64,000 bases of DNA from Minisyncoccota bacterium (GTDB taxonomy: Bacteria; Patescibacteriota; Minisyncoccia; Phycocordibacterales; GWA1-40-21). A program made the translations under genes and the position numbers. Location: positions 164-64,163 of the forward strand of contig JBAZYH010000004.1 of the NCBI GenBank assembly GCA_041659365.1, written 5' to 3'. Positions 1-8,968 of the stretch are shown piece after piece. Position 1 is the first letter of the stretch; each line of letters opens with the position of its first letter. Below the pieces are notes generated by a model, which was not told the origin of the DNA, did not search any database, and was given only the letters and a program-made list of their open reading frames with translations.

Positions 1-157
1 TACTCCGTCGCAATCCAGGTTAGTATTTATTTTTTTTGTATTGTCATTCCCGCGTAGGCGGGAATCCAGTATTATCGTATTTCCGTCTTTGCGAGGAACG
101 AAGCAATCCAGGTTTGTATTCAATTAATCATGGATTCCTGCCTACGCAGGAATGACA
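1..157. repeat. Cluster of REP-like palindromic repeats (GTCATTCCYGC...GGAATCCA and GTCTTTGCGAG...GCAATCCAGGTT families)
   Basis: Same motifs recur on both strands near 697, 2910, 2975, 7280, 37197, 38730, 39271, 39857, 41288-41390, 44874-45056, 46094-46188 and 60460. Confidence 0.85.
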
Positions 158-181
158 CAATACATAGTTGTATTATTTTTG

Positions 182-249
182 GGGCTAAAACACTTTTAGT
201 AAAAAGTGTTCGCCCGAACTTTTTGGTACTATTGTAAAAAGTTATAGGG
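182..249 (+). repeat. Double-hairpin element GGCTAAA-stem-TCGCCCGA-stem-TAGGG, copy 1
   Basis: Linkers shared with copies at 2487-2551, 9290-9354, 35239-35287 and 60559-60621; stems differ but pair. Confidence 0.8.
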
Positions 250-289
250 GGGGGTATAATTAAAACATTAGTAATTAATATATAAAAAT

Positions 290-556
290 ATGGGAGAAAT
301 ATTAAAAAATAGTGAACTAACAGACGAATCAAAAGTTGACGAATTTGAGTCTCAGAGAGATGAAAGATTAAAATATTTAAAATCACTTACAATCGAAGAT
401 TTAGAACAAGAACTAGAAGAGGTTAGTACAGCTCGTTATATACAGGGAGAAGAGAGAACCTTAACCCCAGAAACATCAGAACAATTTCATAAATATCTAG
501 CTATGATTGAAGAAGAGATAATATCGAAGAAAAAAGCAAAAAATCCTAAAAGTTAA
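290..556 (+). CDS. Hypothetical acidic, helical protein
   Basis: 88-aa ORF with ATG start, preceded by TATAAT; no recognised motif. Confidence 0.65.
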   Translation: MGEILKNSELTDESKVDEFESQRDERLKYLKSLTIEDLEQELEEVSTARYIQGEERTLTPETSEQFHKYLAMIEEEIISKKKAKNPKS

Positions 557-884
557 TTTTCGGAGGTCGGACTTCAATTTCCGGAGGTCGAACTTCAGGG
601 TAAAAGTAGCTTATAAAATCAACCACTATTTGGTGGTTGATTTTGTTATTAAAAAACTTGGATTTTCGTTTAAAGGAATAATAATACAAATACGAACCTG
701 GATTGCCACAGGTGATTACACCTTCGCAAAGACGTGCAAAAAGGAATTGTATTTGAATTTTTACTAGCGAGCGAAGCTGAGTGTTTTGAAAGCCTTACGG
801 AGCAGAATTTTTAGTAAAAAATTTTGTGAGTAGAGAAAAACTGCCGTGACTGACGACAGTTTTATCCTTAATGTATTAACATTA

Positions 885-993
885 GCGAGCGAGTTTTCAC
901 TTTTTAAAACCATTTCGCAGTGCGACGGCATGAGAATAGCAGATTTCTAGCAAGAAATCATGCGCGGTTTTAAAAAGAGAAAAGGAGCGAGCC
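885..993 (+). repeat. ~109-bp structured dispersed repeat, copy 1
   Basis: Near-identical reverse complement at 60315-60423. Confidence 0.9.
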
Positions 994-1158
994 TCTACTT
1001 CCAGAATGGAGAATAAGCTATAACCATACTTATAATAATAAGTACTGCTACTACTGACCATGTAATTTTGATAACGTTTTTAGTTTTTTTGTTAAAAAGC
1101 ATGTTGTTATTATTCAATTATTCTTATAAAATACTATAAGGTTAAATATACATCAAAG

Positions 1159-1536
1159 ATGTTTGATTATCAACAGAAGAAAAAGATAAGGAAAGTTATA
1201 TATTCTAAAATTACTTTAGTAGTTCTATTTATTTTTATTATTATTCTTGCGAAGGCAAATTATGGTATATTTAAAAAAGAGAGGTTAAGTAGAGAAAATT
1301 ATAATATAGTAAAGGATGACTTCGATTCTTTAAAAGGAAGGAAAGTAGTGTTAGAATCTGAAATTAGTAGATTAAAAACAAGTGAAGGTGTAGAAGAAGA
1401 AATAAGGTCAAAGTTTGATGTTTCAAAACCAGGTGAAGTTGTAGTAAATATTATTGATTCTGGCAGTAGTACTTCTATAGAAGGTGAAGAAGTCGGTGTT
1501 GGTTTTTGGAATAAAATAATTAATTGGTTTAAATAG
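1159..1536 (+). CDS. Septum formation initiator family protein (FtsB/DivIC-like)
   Basis: N-terminal TM helix, coiled coil, EEEIRSKFDVSKPGE motif. Confidence 0.8.
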   Translation: MFDYQQKKKIRKVIYSKITLVVLFIFIIILAKANYGIFKKERLSRENYNIVKDDFDSLKGRKVVLESEISRLKTSEGVEEEIRSKFDVSKPGEVVVNIIDSGSSTSIEGEEVGVGFWNKIINWFK

Positions 1537-1541
1537 TAATT

Positions 1542-1612
1542 GCGGGTGTAGTATAGTGGCAGTATGAGTGCTTCCCAAGCATTAGGCGTGAGTCCGATTC
1601 TCACTACCCGCA
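1542..1612 (+). tRNA. tRNA-Gly(CCC)
   Basis: Cloverleaf; anticodon arm AGTGC-TTCCCAA-GCATT; atypical T-loop TCCGATT. Confidence 0.9.
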
Positions 1613-1758
1613 CAAATGTGACTTATTTTTTAGCTTTTGATATAATGTTTAATGTTATTAATTAATAGAGATGTCATATTTTAAAGAATATGTCTAAATA
1701 GAGTTTATGTCGTGTTTCAATGGACACTACGCGACATGATTCTGCAGAATCAAATCAC

Positions 1759-1992
1759 ATGAAAAAAATAATAATGTATTCAACACCAACTTGTCATTAC
1801 TGTAATCTAGCCAAAGATTTTTTTGATGAACATAATGTAGAATATGATGTACATAATGTTTCTATCGATCTTGAAAAGAGAAAAGAAATGATGGATAAAA
1901 GTGGTCAAATGGGTGTGCCTGTAATATATATAGGCGATGATATGATACTTGGTTTTGACGAAGAAAAGATTAGAGATTTGTTAGGATTGTAA
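1759..1992 (+). CDS. Glutaredoxin-like / NrdH-redoxin
   Basis: YSTPTCHYC active site and GQMGVPVI; second ATG taken as start. Confidence 0.9.
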   Translation: MKKIIMYSTPTCHYCNLAKDFFDEHNVEYDVHNVSIDLEKRKEMMDKSGQMGVPVIYIGDDMILGFDEEKIRDLLGL

Positions 1993-1993
1993 T

Positions 1994-2029
1994 AAAAACA
2001 AAAACCACTTATAAGTGGTTTTTGTTTTT
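1994..2029. terminator. Intrinsic terminator-like hairpin, potentially bidirectional
   Basis: AAAACAAAAACCACTT-AT-AAGTGGTTTTTGTTTT inverted repeat just after the stop codon. Confidence 0.65.
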
Positions 2030-2055
2030 AGATGTGTTATATTTTACATGCATTT

Positions 2056-2127
2056 GCCTTTGTAGTTGAATGGATAGAACAATCCCGTCCTAAGGGATAG
2101 ATGTCAGTTCGATTCTGACCGAGGGCA
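2056..2127 (+). tRNA. tRNA-Arg(CCT)
   Basis: Cloverleaf; anticodon arm ATCCC-GTCCTAA-GGGAT; GTTCGA T-loop. Confidence 0.92.
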
Positions 2128-2160
2128 CATTTATTTTAGAAAAAGTGATATAATAAAAAC

Positions 2161-2427
2161 ATGGATCAAGAAGAAAAAGAAATTTTGCAAAAAACTTTTG
2201 AATTATCAGAAGAAAATAATAAAATTTTGCGTGGTTTAAGAAGTATTAATAGGTGGTCTTATGCTATGAAAATTATTTATTGGACATTTATTATCGTTGT
2301 TGCTTTTAGTGCATACTTTTTTGTTCAGCCTTATGTCGAAATATTAGATAATACATATAATAATATAAGAAATAACGTTAATACTATAAATAGTGTGGCT
2401 AAAAAGCTCCCTATGTCTTTTCAATAA
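2161..2427 (+). CDS. Hypothetical single-pass membrane protein
   Basis: ELSEENNKILRGL followed by a hydrophobic segment. Confidence 0.75.
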   Translation: MDQEEKEILQKTFELSEENNKILRGLRSINRWSYAMKIIYWTFIIVVAFSAYFFVQPYVEILDNTYNNIRNNVNTINSVAKKLPMSFQ

Positions 2428-2486
2428 AAGGCTGGAAAAAAATATTAAAATAGTGTAATATGTTTGTTGTAGGAAACTACAACTGT

Positions 2487-2551
2487 CCTAAGACCTTTTA
2501 TTTTAATAAAAGGTTCGGGCGAACATTTTGTTTTGTCAAAATGTTTTAGCC
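2487..2551 (-). repeat. Double-hairpin GGCTAAA/TCGCCCGA element, copy 2
   Basis: Reverse complement reads GGCTAAA-ACATTTTG/CAAAATGT-TCGCCCGA-ACCTTTTATT/AATAAAAGGT-CTTAGG. Confidence 0.8.
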
Positions 2552-2608
2552 AAGATAGCTCAGTTTCCGCCAGAGGCGGACCAGCCTATTGAAAGGGCTG
2601 GGGTAGAG
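2549..2608 (+). pseudogene. 5' fragment of tRNA-Phe interrupted in the D-loop by a 36-nt palindromic insertion
   Basis: GCCAAGATAGCTCAGTT[insert]GGTAGAG is identical to the start of the intact tRNA at 2659. Confidence 0.8.
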
Positions 2609-2658
2609 ATTTCGAGGTGGTTAGTATAGGGATGGTGTAAATTGTAAAATTTGTTTTT

Positions 2659-2734
2659 GCCAAGATAGCTCAGTTGGTAGAGCATTCCCCTGAAGAGGGA
2701 AGGGTCCCCAGTTCGAGCCTGGGTCTTGGCACCA
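2659..2734 (+). tRNA. tRNA-Phe(GAA)
   Basis: Cloverleaf; TTCCC-CTGAAGA-GGGAA anticodon arm; encoded CCA. Confidence 0.95.
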
Positions 2735-3121
2735 AAATAAAAAATCGCAGTCTTTAAGACTGTGATTTTTTATTTTGGTGCCAAGAAGGAGTGAACTGCT
2801 TCACTCCGTCCCAGGCTCGAAAGACTTTTCAATATTTACGAAAGGTATTCTTTGAGTAAATCTGAAAGGTACCTGGCTACGTGGTAGCCGAGCTTGGGTC
2901 TGAAATTGTGTCATTACGAGAAGGTACTCCGACGTAGTAATCCAGGTTCATGTTTTATTTTAAAATTAATTCAACCTGGATTGCGACCACGTAAAAATGA
3001 TTACATTCACGTGGCACAGCGTCAGGATACTTCCTCGCAAAGACACTCAATAAACAACACAAATAAAAACACGAAGAATTTTCGCTTTGCGAAAATTCTT
3101 CGTGTTTTTACCTTATAAATT

Positions 3122-3574
3122 TTACGAACTTTTTACCTTCAACTTCGCCTGTCTGTTTTTGTCTAATTTTGGTAGTCTGATTGTTAGTAATCCATTTTTA
3201 TTTGTTGCTTCTGCTTCCTCAACCTCAATCTCTTGGGGAAGAATTATTGTTCTAGAAAAACAACCCCAATATAATTCTTTATGAAAAAAATCATCATCAT
3301 CTGAAGAATCAGATTCTTCTCTTTTTCCTTTAATAGTAACCATATCTCTAGTTATATTTATATCAAGATCGTCTGGTTTGGTACCAGCAACCATAGTTTT
3401 TATAATTATTTCACTAGGTGTTTGAAACATATCTATAGCAAGCTGGCCTTCTGTTTCGCATAGCATTTCTTCTGTTTCCTCATCTGAATCATCGTTTGAC
3501 GACTCTATTTCATTATAGTCATCATCAATTTTTACAATTCCTGTTAACCTCTCAAAAAAAGATTTCTTTTTCAT
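3122..3574 (-). CDS. Hsp20/alpha-crystallin family small heat shock protein
   Basis: ELYWGCFSRTIILP and NGLLTIRLPK motifs. Confidence 0.92.
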   Translation of the reverse strand: MKKKSFFERLTGIVKIDDDYNEIESSNDDSDEETEEMLCETEGQLAIDMFQTPSEIIIKTMVAGTKPDDLDINITRDMVTIKGKREESDSSDDDDFFHKELYWGCFSRTIILPQEIEVEEAEATNKNGLLTIRLPKLDKNRQAKLKVKSS

Positions 3575-3699
3575 CCCATTATAAATTTTAAAATTATTAA
3601 TTTGCGACTATTTTTAATTTAATATCAGTAATATTTATTCGTCGTTATTTTTTTATGTTAAATTTATAACGGGATAAATATTTTTTAACAAAAATAAAT

Positions 3700-4512
3700 T
3701 TAAATTTTTTCTAATTTTATTTTTTTAATTTTCTCAAAAGCTAGTAGTACTATTATAACAGCAACCCAGATTATTTCCAAAGCCATAAGAGATCCTCTTG
3801 CGTTACCAACCATAAAGAAATTAAATAGCGCATGTGTAATTATGGCGCAGACGAGTCCTGTGAGTGTCCATCCAAACCTACTCATTCTCTTGTTAAAGAA
3901 GTTAAAACCTATAAACATACCAACAGTCACAGATGATACGGTGTGAAGTAGTGTTGCTCCTATAAAGCGCATATTACCTGTAAGTACACTATTTGTAATC
4001 TGTCCTTTTGTTAGTGGGTCTATTAAAAAAAGCATATTTTCTACTGCAGCAAAACCAAGAGCAACAGTTATCATGTATATCATTGGATCTATTGCCTCGT
4101 CATCATCTTTTGATCTCAAAACAATAAAATAGGCTATTATAAATTTGAAAAACTCTTCTATTATTGGGGCAAAGAATATAACTATTATAAGTCTGTTTAA
4201 TATAATTTTTTCTTGTGAGGATATATGTTCAAGCCAAATTAGTAAGGGTTTTAAAAAATCTCCAGACAAAAGATTTCTAATATTTATTTCAGAAGAAAGT
4301 TTTTCAAAATATAAAGAACAAAAAACAGCAATAATACCTCCTATGAAAGCAATTATTATCATTAATTTTGGCTCAGGTTTCTCTTTGTCTTCTTTAAGCC
4401 AAAAAATAAGCCAGACAATCGCAGGTAAGATCCCGCCGATAAGGGCGTATATTAATGTTGTAATGTTTATGTCCACTAGTATTATTTTAACTCTTAATTG
4501 GCCAACTTTCAA
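3700..4512 (-). CDS. prsW: PrsW family intramembrane metalloprotease
   Basis: APIIEEFFKF, GFAAVEN, LLHT and HALFN motifs; true start may be GTG at 4476. Confidence 0.88.
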   Translation of the reverse strand: MKVGQLRVKIILVDINITTLIYALIGGILPAIVWLIFWLKEDKEKPEPKLMIIIAFIGGIIAVFCSLYFEKLSSEINIRNLLSGDFLKPLLIWLEHISSQEKIILNRLIIVIFFAPIIEEFFKFIIAYFIVLRSKDDDEAIDPMIYMITVALGFAAVENMLFLIDPLTKGQITNSVLTGNMRFIGATLLHTVSSVTVGMFIGFNFFNKRMSRFGWTLTGLVCAIITHALFNFFMVGNARGSLMALEIIWVAVIIVLLAFEKIKKIKLEKI

Positions 4513-6760
4513 TCATTAGTAGATTCTTTTTCTCGTCATTAATAGATGTCCATATTTCTTCTGTAAGAAATGGCATAAAAGGATGTAGGGAAGTAATAAT
4601 AATTCTAATAGTTTTTAATAGGAATTGTTTTCTAGATTCTATTTCCATTGACGCGGATTCTTGCGGACTAGACGCGGAAGATGCGGAATCTAATGCAAAT
4701 ATTTTTTTACTTTCCTCAAGTATTACATCAGCAAAATTCTTCCATGCGTATTGATATATTTTATCTCCAGCCATGTAGAACCTGTAGTCTTCCATATCTT
4801 TTGTTATATCGGATAGGAGAGATTCCCTTTCTTCTATAAGTTTTTTATCTACTTCAGAATATTTATCAAAATTTTCTGAATATTTTGTATCCTTTGTCGA
4901 TTCAAGGACAAATCTAGTAATATTCCAAACCTTATTTGCAAAGTTTTTATAACCTTTTATTTTATCTTCTGAAATGTTCATATCTGTGCCTGGAGTATTA
5001 CCAATAATAAGAGACATTCTTCCAGCATCAGTACCAAATTTTGCTGAAATATCTAATGGATCCATATTATTACCAAGAGATTTAGACATTTTTCTTCCTT
5101 TTGCATCCCTAATCATTCCATGAAAATAAACCGTTTCAAATGGAATTGTTCCAAGGTTGTATCCGGTCATCATTATCATTCTTGATACCCAGAAAGGTAA
5201 AATATCATAACCAGTTTCTAAAACATTTGTTGGGTGATAAAAACCAAGATCATTTGTTTTTTCTGGCCAACCTAAAGTTGAGAAAGTCCAAAGTGCAGAA
5301 GAAAACCAAGTATCCAAAGTATCTTCATCTTGTACCCACCCTTCACCTTTTGGATTTTCTATATCACAAAATGTTTCATTTCCTTTATAATAAACTGGAA
5401 TACGATGACCATACCAAATTTGTCTTGAAATACACCAATCTCTGAGATTATCTATCCAGTGAAAATAAACTTTTTCAAAGAAATCAGGAATCATCTTTAT
5501 TTGACCATTTTCTACAGATTTTTTCATTATTTCTTTTAGTGTGACAGTATCTCCAGACTCAATACCTTTTATTTCTGAGTGTTGTATTTTAAATGATTTG
5601 CTAACAGATATAAACCATTGAAGCTTTGGTAACGGTTCTATTATTCCGCCGGTCCTTTCTGCAGTTGAAATATTTTGTTTAACAGATTCTTCTTTTTCTA
5701 AAAGTCCTTCTGTTTTTAGCCATTCTACGATAATCTCTCGTGCTTCTGTTGTTTTCTTTCCTAAAATGTTTTCTCCACCAACTGTCATTTTTGCTACTTC
5801 ATTAATAACAATTTTATCTTTTGGAAGATTGTGTCTCTCAGCCATTTCCCAGTCGATTGTGCTATGTGCAGGAGTAACGCCTAGCGCACCAGTACCAAAT
5901 TCTTTATCTACTTCTTTATCCGCTATAATTTTAATATGAATAGAAACTCCACAAAAAATTGCGTCGTATTCTTTTCCTATATATTTTTGGTAACGTTCAT
6001 CTTCTGGATGCACAGCAACAGCAACATCACCAACTTTAGTTTCTGGTCTTGTTGTTGATATTGAAATAGGGAAGTCTTTTGAATATTTAAAGGTATAAAA
6101 TTTTGCATCTCTTTCCTCATAAACTATTTCGTCATCAGAAATAACAGTTTGGCCTTTCGGATCCCAATTAACAATCCTGTATCCTTTATAAATAAGTCCG
6201 TCATCATACATCTTTTTGAAAACTGTACGAACGGCAAGGTTTCTCTTTTCATCAAGAGTAAAAGCTTCACGAGACCAATCACAAGAAGCTCCCATAGTTT
6301 TTGTTTGGGAGATAATTGTATCGTGACTTTCTTTTGCAAATTCTTTAATCCTATGAACTAATTCTTCACGTCCCAAATCAAATCTAGATTTATTCTCATT
6401 CTTTTTTATTTCTTTCTCAACTTTTGATTGGGTAGCAATACCTGCATGATCTGTACCTGGAAGCCAAAGAGTTTTCTTACCACGCATTCTGTTATAACGA
6501 ATCATTACATCTTCAACTGTAAGGGTGAGTGCATGCCCCATATGAAGTTTGCCAGTTACGTTAGCTGGGGGCATCATTATTGAATATTTTTCTTTGTGTC
6601 TTTCTGGTAGATTATCAGGATTAAAATAACCAGATTCTTCCCATAGCTTATATATTCTAGGTTCAGTTTCTTGTGGGTTATATGGCTTTAAAAATTTGCT
6701 TGCCACGTTTGAATTTTCACTTTGTTCTTTATTTATCATATTTTTTTTGTTTAATTCCAT
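4487..6760 (-). CDS. valS: Valine--tRNA ligase (short form without the C-terminal coiled coil)
   Basis: PPANVTGKLHMGH, DWCISRQIWYGH, DTWFSS and KMSKS motifs. Confidence 0.97.
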   Translation of the reverse strand: MELNKKNMINKEQSENSNVASKFLKPYNPQETEPRIYKLWEESGYFNPDNLPERHKEKYSIMMPPANVTGKLHMGHALTLTVEDVMIRYNRMRGKKTLWLPGTDHAGIATQSKVEKEIKKNENKSRFDLGREELVHRIKEFAKESHDTIISQTKTMGASCDWSREAFTLDEKRNLAVRTVFKKMYDDGLIYKGYRIVNWDPKGQTVISDDEIVYEERDAKFYTFKYSKDFPISISTTRPETKVGDVAVAVHPEDERYQKYIGKEYDAIFCGVSIHIKIIADKEVDKEFGTGALGVTPAHSTIDWEMAERHNLPKDKIVINEVAKMTVGGENILGKKTTEAREIIVEWLKTEGLLEKEESVKQNISTAERTGGIIEPLPKLQWFISVSKSFKIQHSEIKGIESGDTVTLKEIMKKSVENGQIKMIPDFFEKVYFHWIDNLRDWCISRQIWYGHRIPVYYKGNETFCDIENPKGEGWVQDEDTLDTWFSSALWTFSTLGWPEKTNDLGFYHPTNVLETGYDILPFWVSRMIMMTGYNLGTIPFETVYFHGMIRDAKGRKMSKSLGNNMDPLDISAKFGTDAGRMSLIIGNTPGTDMNISEDKIKGYKNFANKVWNITRFVLESTKDTKYSENFDKYSEVDKKLIEERESLLSDITKDMEDYRFYMAGDKIYQYAWKNFADVILEESKKIFALDSASSASSPQESASMEIESRKQFLLKTIRIIITSLHPFMPFLTEEIWTSINDEKKNLLMIESWPIKS

Positions 6761-6999
6761 CGTAAGATTTTAACAGCGAACTATTCTCACAAAATTCTTT
6801 ACGTGGTCATTCACCCCATTAGAGTTTATATTTTGTGTTTTGTTTTCGTTCATTTTTTTATAATAAAATACACTTAGTTTTAGTGCTCCGTTTGATTAAA
6901 CTCTAACGAGGCAGGTTCTAAGATAATATCAGAAAAGAGTTATTTTTGAAAGAAAAAGAGGTCTCTTAGTGAGACCTTCTTTTTGGGTGACAAATAAAG

Positions 7000-7278
7000 T
7001 TAACTCCTGATAATTTTCCATTTTGTGGATGATCCTTTTCCTCTGAGCCTACAAACTTCAAGAAGTGTTTTGAGGGTTCGTGTTGTTCCACTATTGTCTA
7101 AGTTTGCAATCTTTGCAATTTGTTCGGTAGTGGCCGTACCACCAAGAGACTGTAGTGCATCAAAAACTCTTCTTTGACGCTCGTTCACTTTTTTGAGCCT
7201 TTCTTTGTTTGTGGTTTGCTTCTGGATATATAGTATTCTGATTTTGAGATAAGTAAAGAAAATTTTTACTTTATACAT
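7000..7278 (-). CDS. Hypothetical protein with winged-HTH-like C-terminus
   Basis: GGTATTEQIAKIANLDNSGTTRTLKTL resembles an HTH. Confidence 0.55.
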   Translation of the reverse strand: MYKVKIFFTYLKIRILYIQKQTTNKERLKKVNERQRRVFDALQSLGGTATTEQIAKIANLDNSGTTRTLKTLLEVCRLRGKGSSTKWKIIRS

Positions 7279-7332
7279 TTGTCATTCCTGCGTAGGCAGG
7301 AATCCATAATTAATTCAATATCAATATATAAG

Positions 7333-7585
7333 GGAAGTTTTCTATTTTATTTGCGTCCCCCTAAAAGGACCCGCCCATTTTAATACAAATGTTTCGGGCA
7401 AGCAGTTGGGTGACGTGATTTTGCATTAAATATCTTAATAGATTAAAGGAAATATTCTATTTAGTTTGCGTCGCGCTTCAATGGACGATTGTGCGACGTG
7501 CTAATAAATTTAATAAATACATATATGGAAATTATCTATTAGTTTGCGTCCCCCCCAATTGGACAGTTGGGTGACGTGATCTTGC
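7333..7585. repeat. Three tandem degenerate structured units
   Basis: GGAA..TCTATT..TTTGCGTC..GGAC..GACGTG repeated at 7333, 7448 and 7527. Confidence 0.75.
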
Positions 7586-7592
7586 TAGATCA

Positions 7593-7843
7593 AAAAAGAC
7601 CGTGCCCGCAGTTGTACAAACGCTGGGGACACGGTCGAAATGAGAGAACAGGTGATAAAGATCACCCTTTTCTCTTGCGATACTTCGGATCTCTCATTTT
7701 ATCTCGATGAAGGGGTAAGGTGAGCCTTACTTTTACTCTTTCGCTCGCCACTACTTGAGTCCTTCTTTTTGTGACGGGCAATACCTTTCGGTGAGCCCGA
7801 GCTACAAACCGATGTCCGCAGATCTCACATTCACGGGTCAGTT
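7593..7843 (-). ncRNA. Candidate ~250-nt structured non-coding RNA
   Basis: GC-rich, several hairpins, TTGACT-N16-TAGAAT upstream, stem plus T-run terminator downstream, no started ORF of meaningful length. Confidence 0.45.
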
Positions 7844-7989
7844 TATTAGATTCTATACTTTTTATATATTAAGTCAAAGAGAATAGCCTTATTTTATCTA
7901 GCCCCTTGACCTGTTTTTATGATAGTTGTAAAATTTATATGGAATCGTAAATTAACAACACAATAGGTGGACAACCAAAGGAGGTCCTA

Positions 7990-8460
7990 ATGAATAAGGA
8001 AGTTCTTATAAAGATTGATTATTCTTTCAAAACTTTTTTTAGTAAAAAGAAAATCATTAGGAAGCTTTCTAATAAGAAAAAATGGTTAAGGAGGCGTTTA
8101 CTTGATAGAGTGAAGATGTTCTCTGATACTTTCAATGAGTCAACAGATGAACATAAAAGAGAGATGAATTTTTATCTCACCTATCTTTTTGAAGAGATTA
8201 CCTCTGAGCAAACTGTAAAAGAAATAGCTAACATGGGTTTTAGACCAGTCACTGCGTGGGAATTACAGTGTTTAGCTATTGAAGATGCTCGTTTGCCCGT
8301 GGAGTCTCATGTTCTGGCTCTCGGTTCTATTCATGAATATATTTTATCTGGTGGAAAACCAGAGATGTGTGTTGTTGGTTTTGTTAATTGTGAATTATGT
8401 ATAGAAAGGTGGAATGATAAAAGACAAACTGATCAGATTTTTGTTGTTACTGATATGTGA
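7990..8460 (+). CDS. Hypothetical protein
   Basis: 156-aa ORF with GGAGG SD and TTGACC-N17-TAAAAT promoter at 7906-7934. Confidence 0.75.
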   Translation: MNKEVLIKIDYSFKTFFSKKKIIRKLSNKKKWLRRRLLDRVKMFSDTFNESTDEHKREMNFYLTYLFEEITSEQTVKEIANMGFRPVTAWELQCLAIEDARLPVESHVLALGSIHEYILSGGKPEMCVVGFVNCELCIERWNDKRQTDQIFVVTDM

Positions 8461-8557
8461 CAACAAAAGGGCGTCTCGCTTTGTAGACGCTCTTTTTAAA
8501 TTTTAAAAAGATAAAAACCACCATCTTTTTTAAGAGATGATGGTTCCATACAAATCT

Positions 8558-8857
8558 TCATTGAAACAGAGTATTTTGTCCCAAGAAGATTATTAAACTT
8601 GCTGTAATAATAGAGAAACCAAGAACTTCAGGAGTAATTTTGTTTAGGTTATTTTTTCTGAAGTTTAAATAACAAAGTACTACACAAGTGGTTATCATTA
8701 CAAAAGTAAGAGAAGTTGTTTTGAGTGATAATATCAAGCCTGCTTTTCTTGTAATAAAATCATCAGGCCTCATTACAATAAAAGCAAATTCTAGACTAAT
8801 CACCAGCCAGAAGGTGGCTAACATGATCCCATCGGTGAATCCTTTGAGTGATTTCAT
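8558..8857 (-). CDS. Hypothetical 3-TM membrane protein
   Basis: AAAGGAGG SD before ATG at 8857; hydrophobic segments. Confidence 0.7.
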   Translation of the reverse strand: MKSLKGFTDGIMLATFWLVISLEFAFIVMRPDDFITRKAGLILSLKTTSLTFVMITTCVVLCYLNFRKNNLNKITPEVLGFSIITASLIIFLGQNTLFQ

Positions 8858-8968
8858 AGTAGCCTCCTTTATGAAGAGCGGATAACTTGTTAGGGAACTG
8901 TTCCCAAACATAATTAGCTTTTCCTTATATATAATATCACGCTTCGTATATAAAAAGTAAACAAATAA

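Noticed and set aside
2549-2640. Intact intron-containing tRNA-Phe
   Set aside because: After GGTAGAG the sequence diverges; no anticodon arm, T-arm or 3' acceptor strand follows
7333-7585. c-di-GMP-I riboswitch suggested by GGGACGCAAA on the minus strand
   Set aside because: The upstream GGCAAACC/GAAA tetraloop part of the consensus is absent
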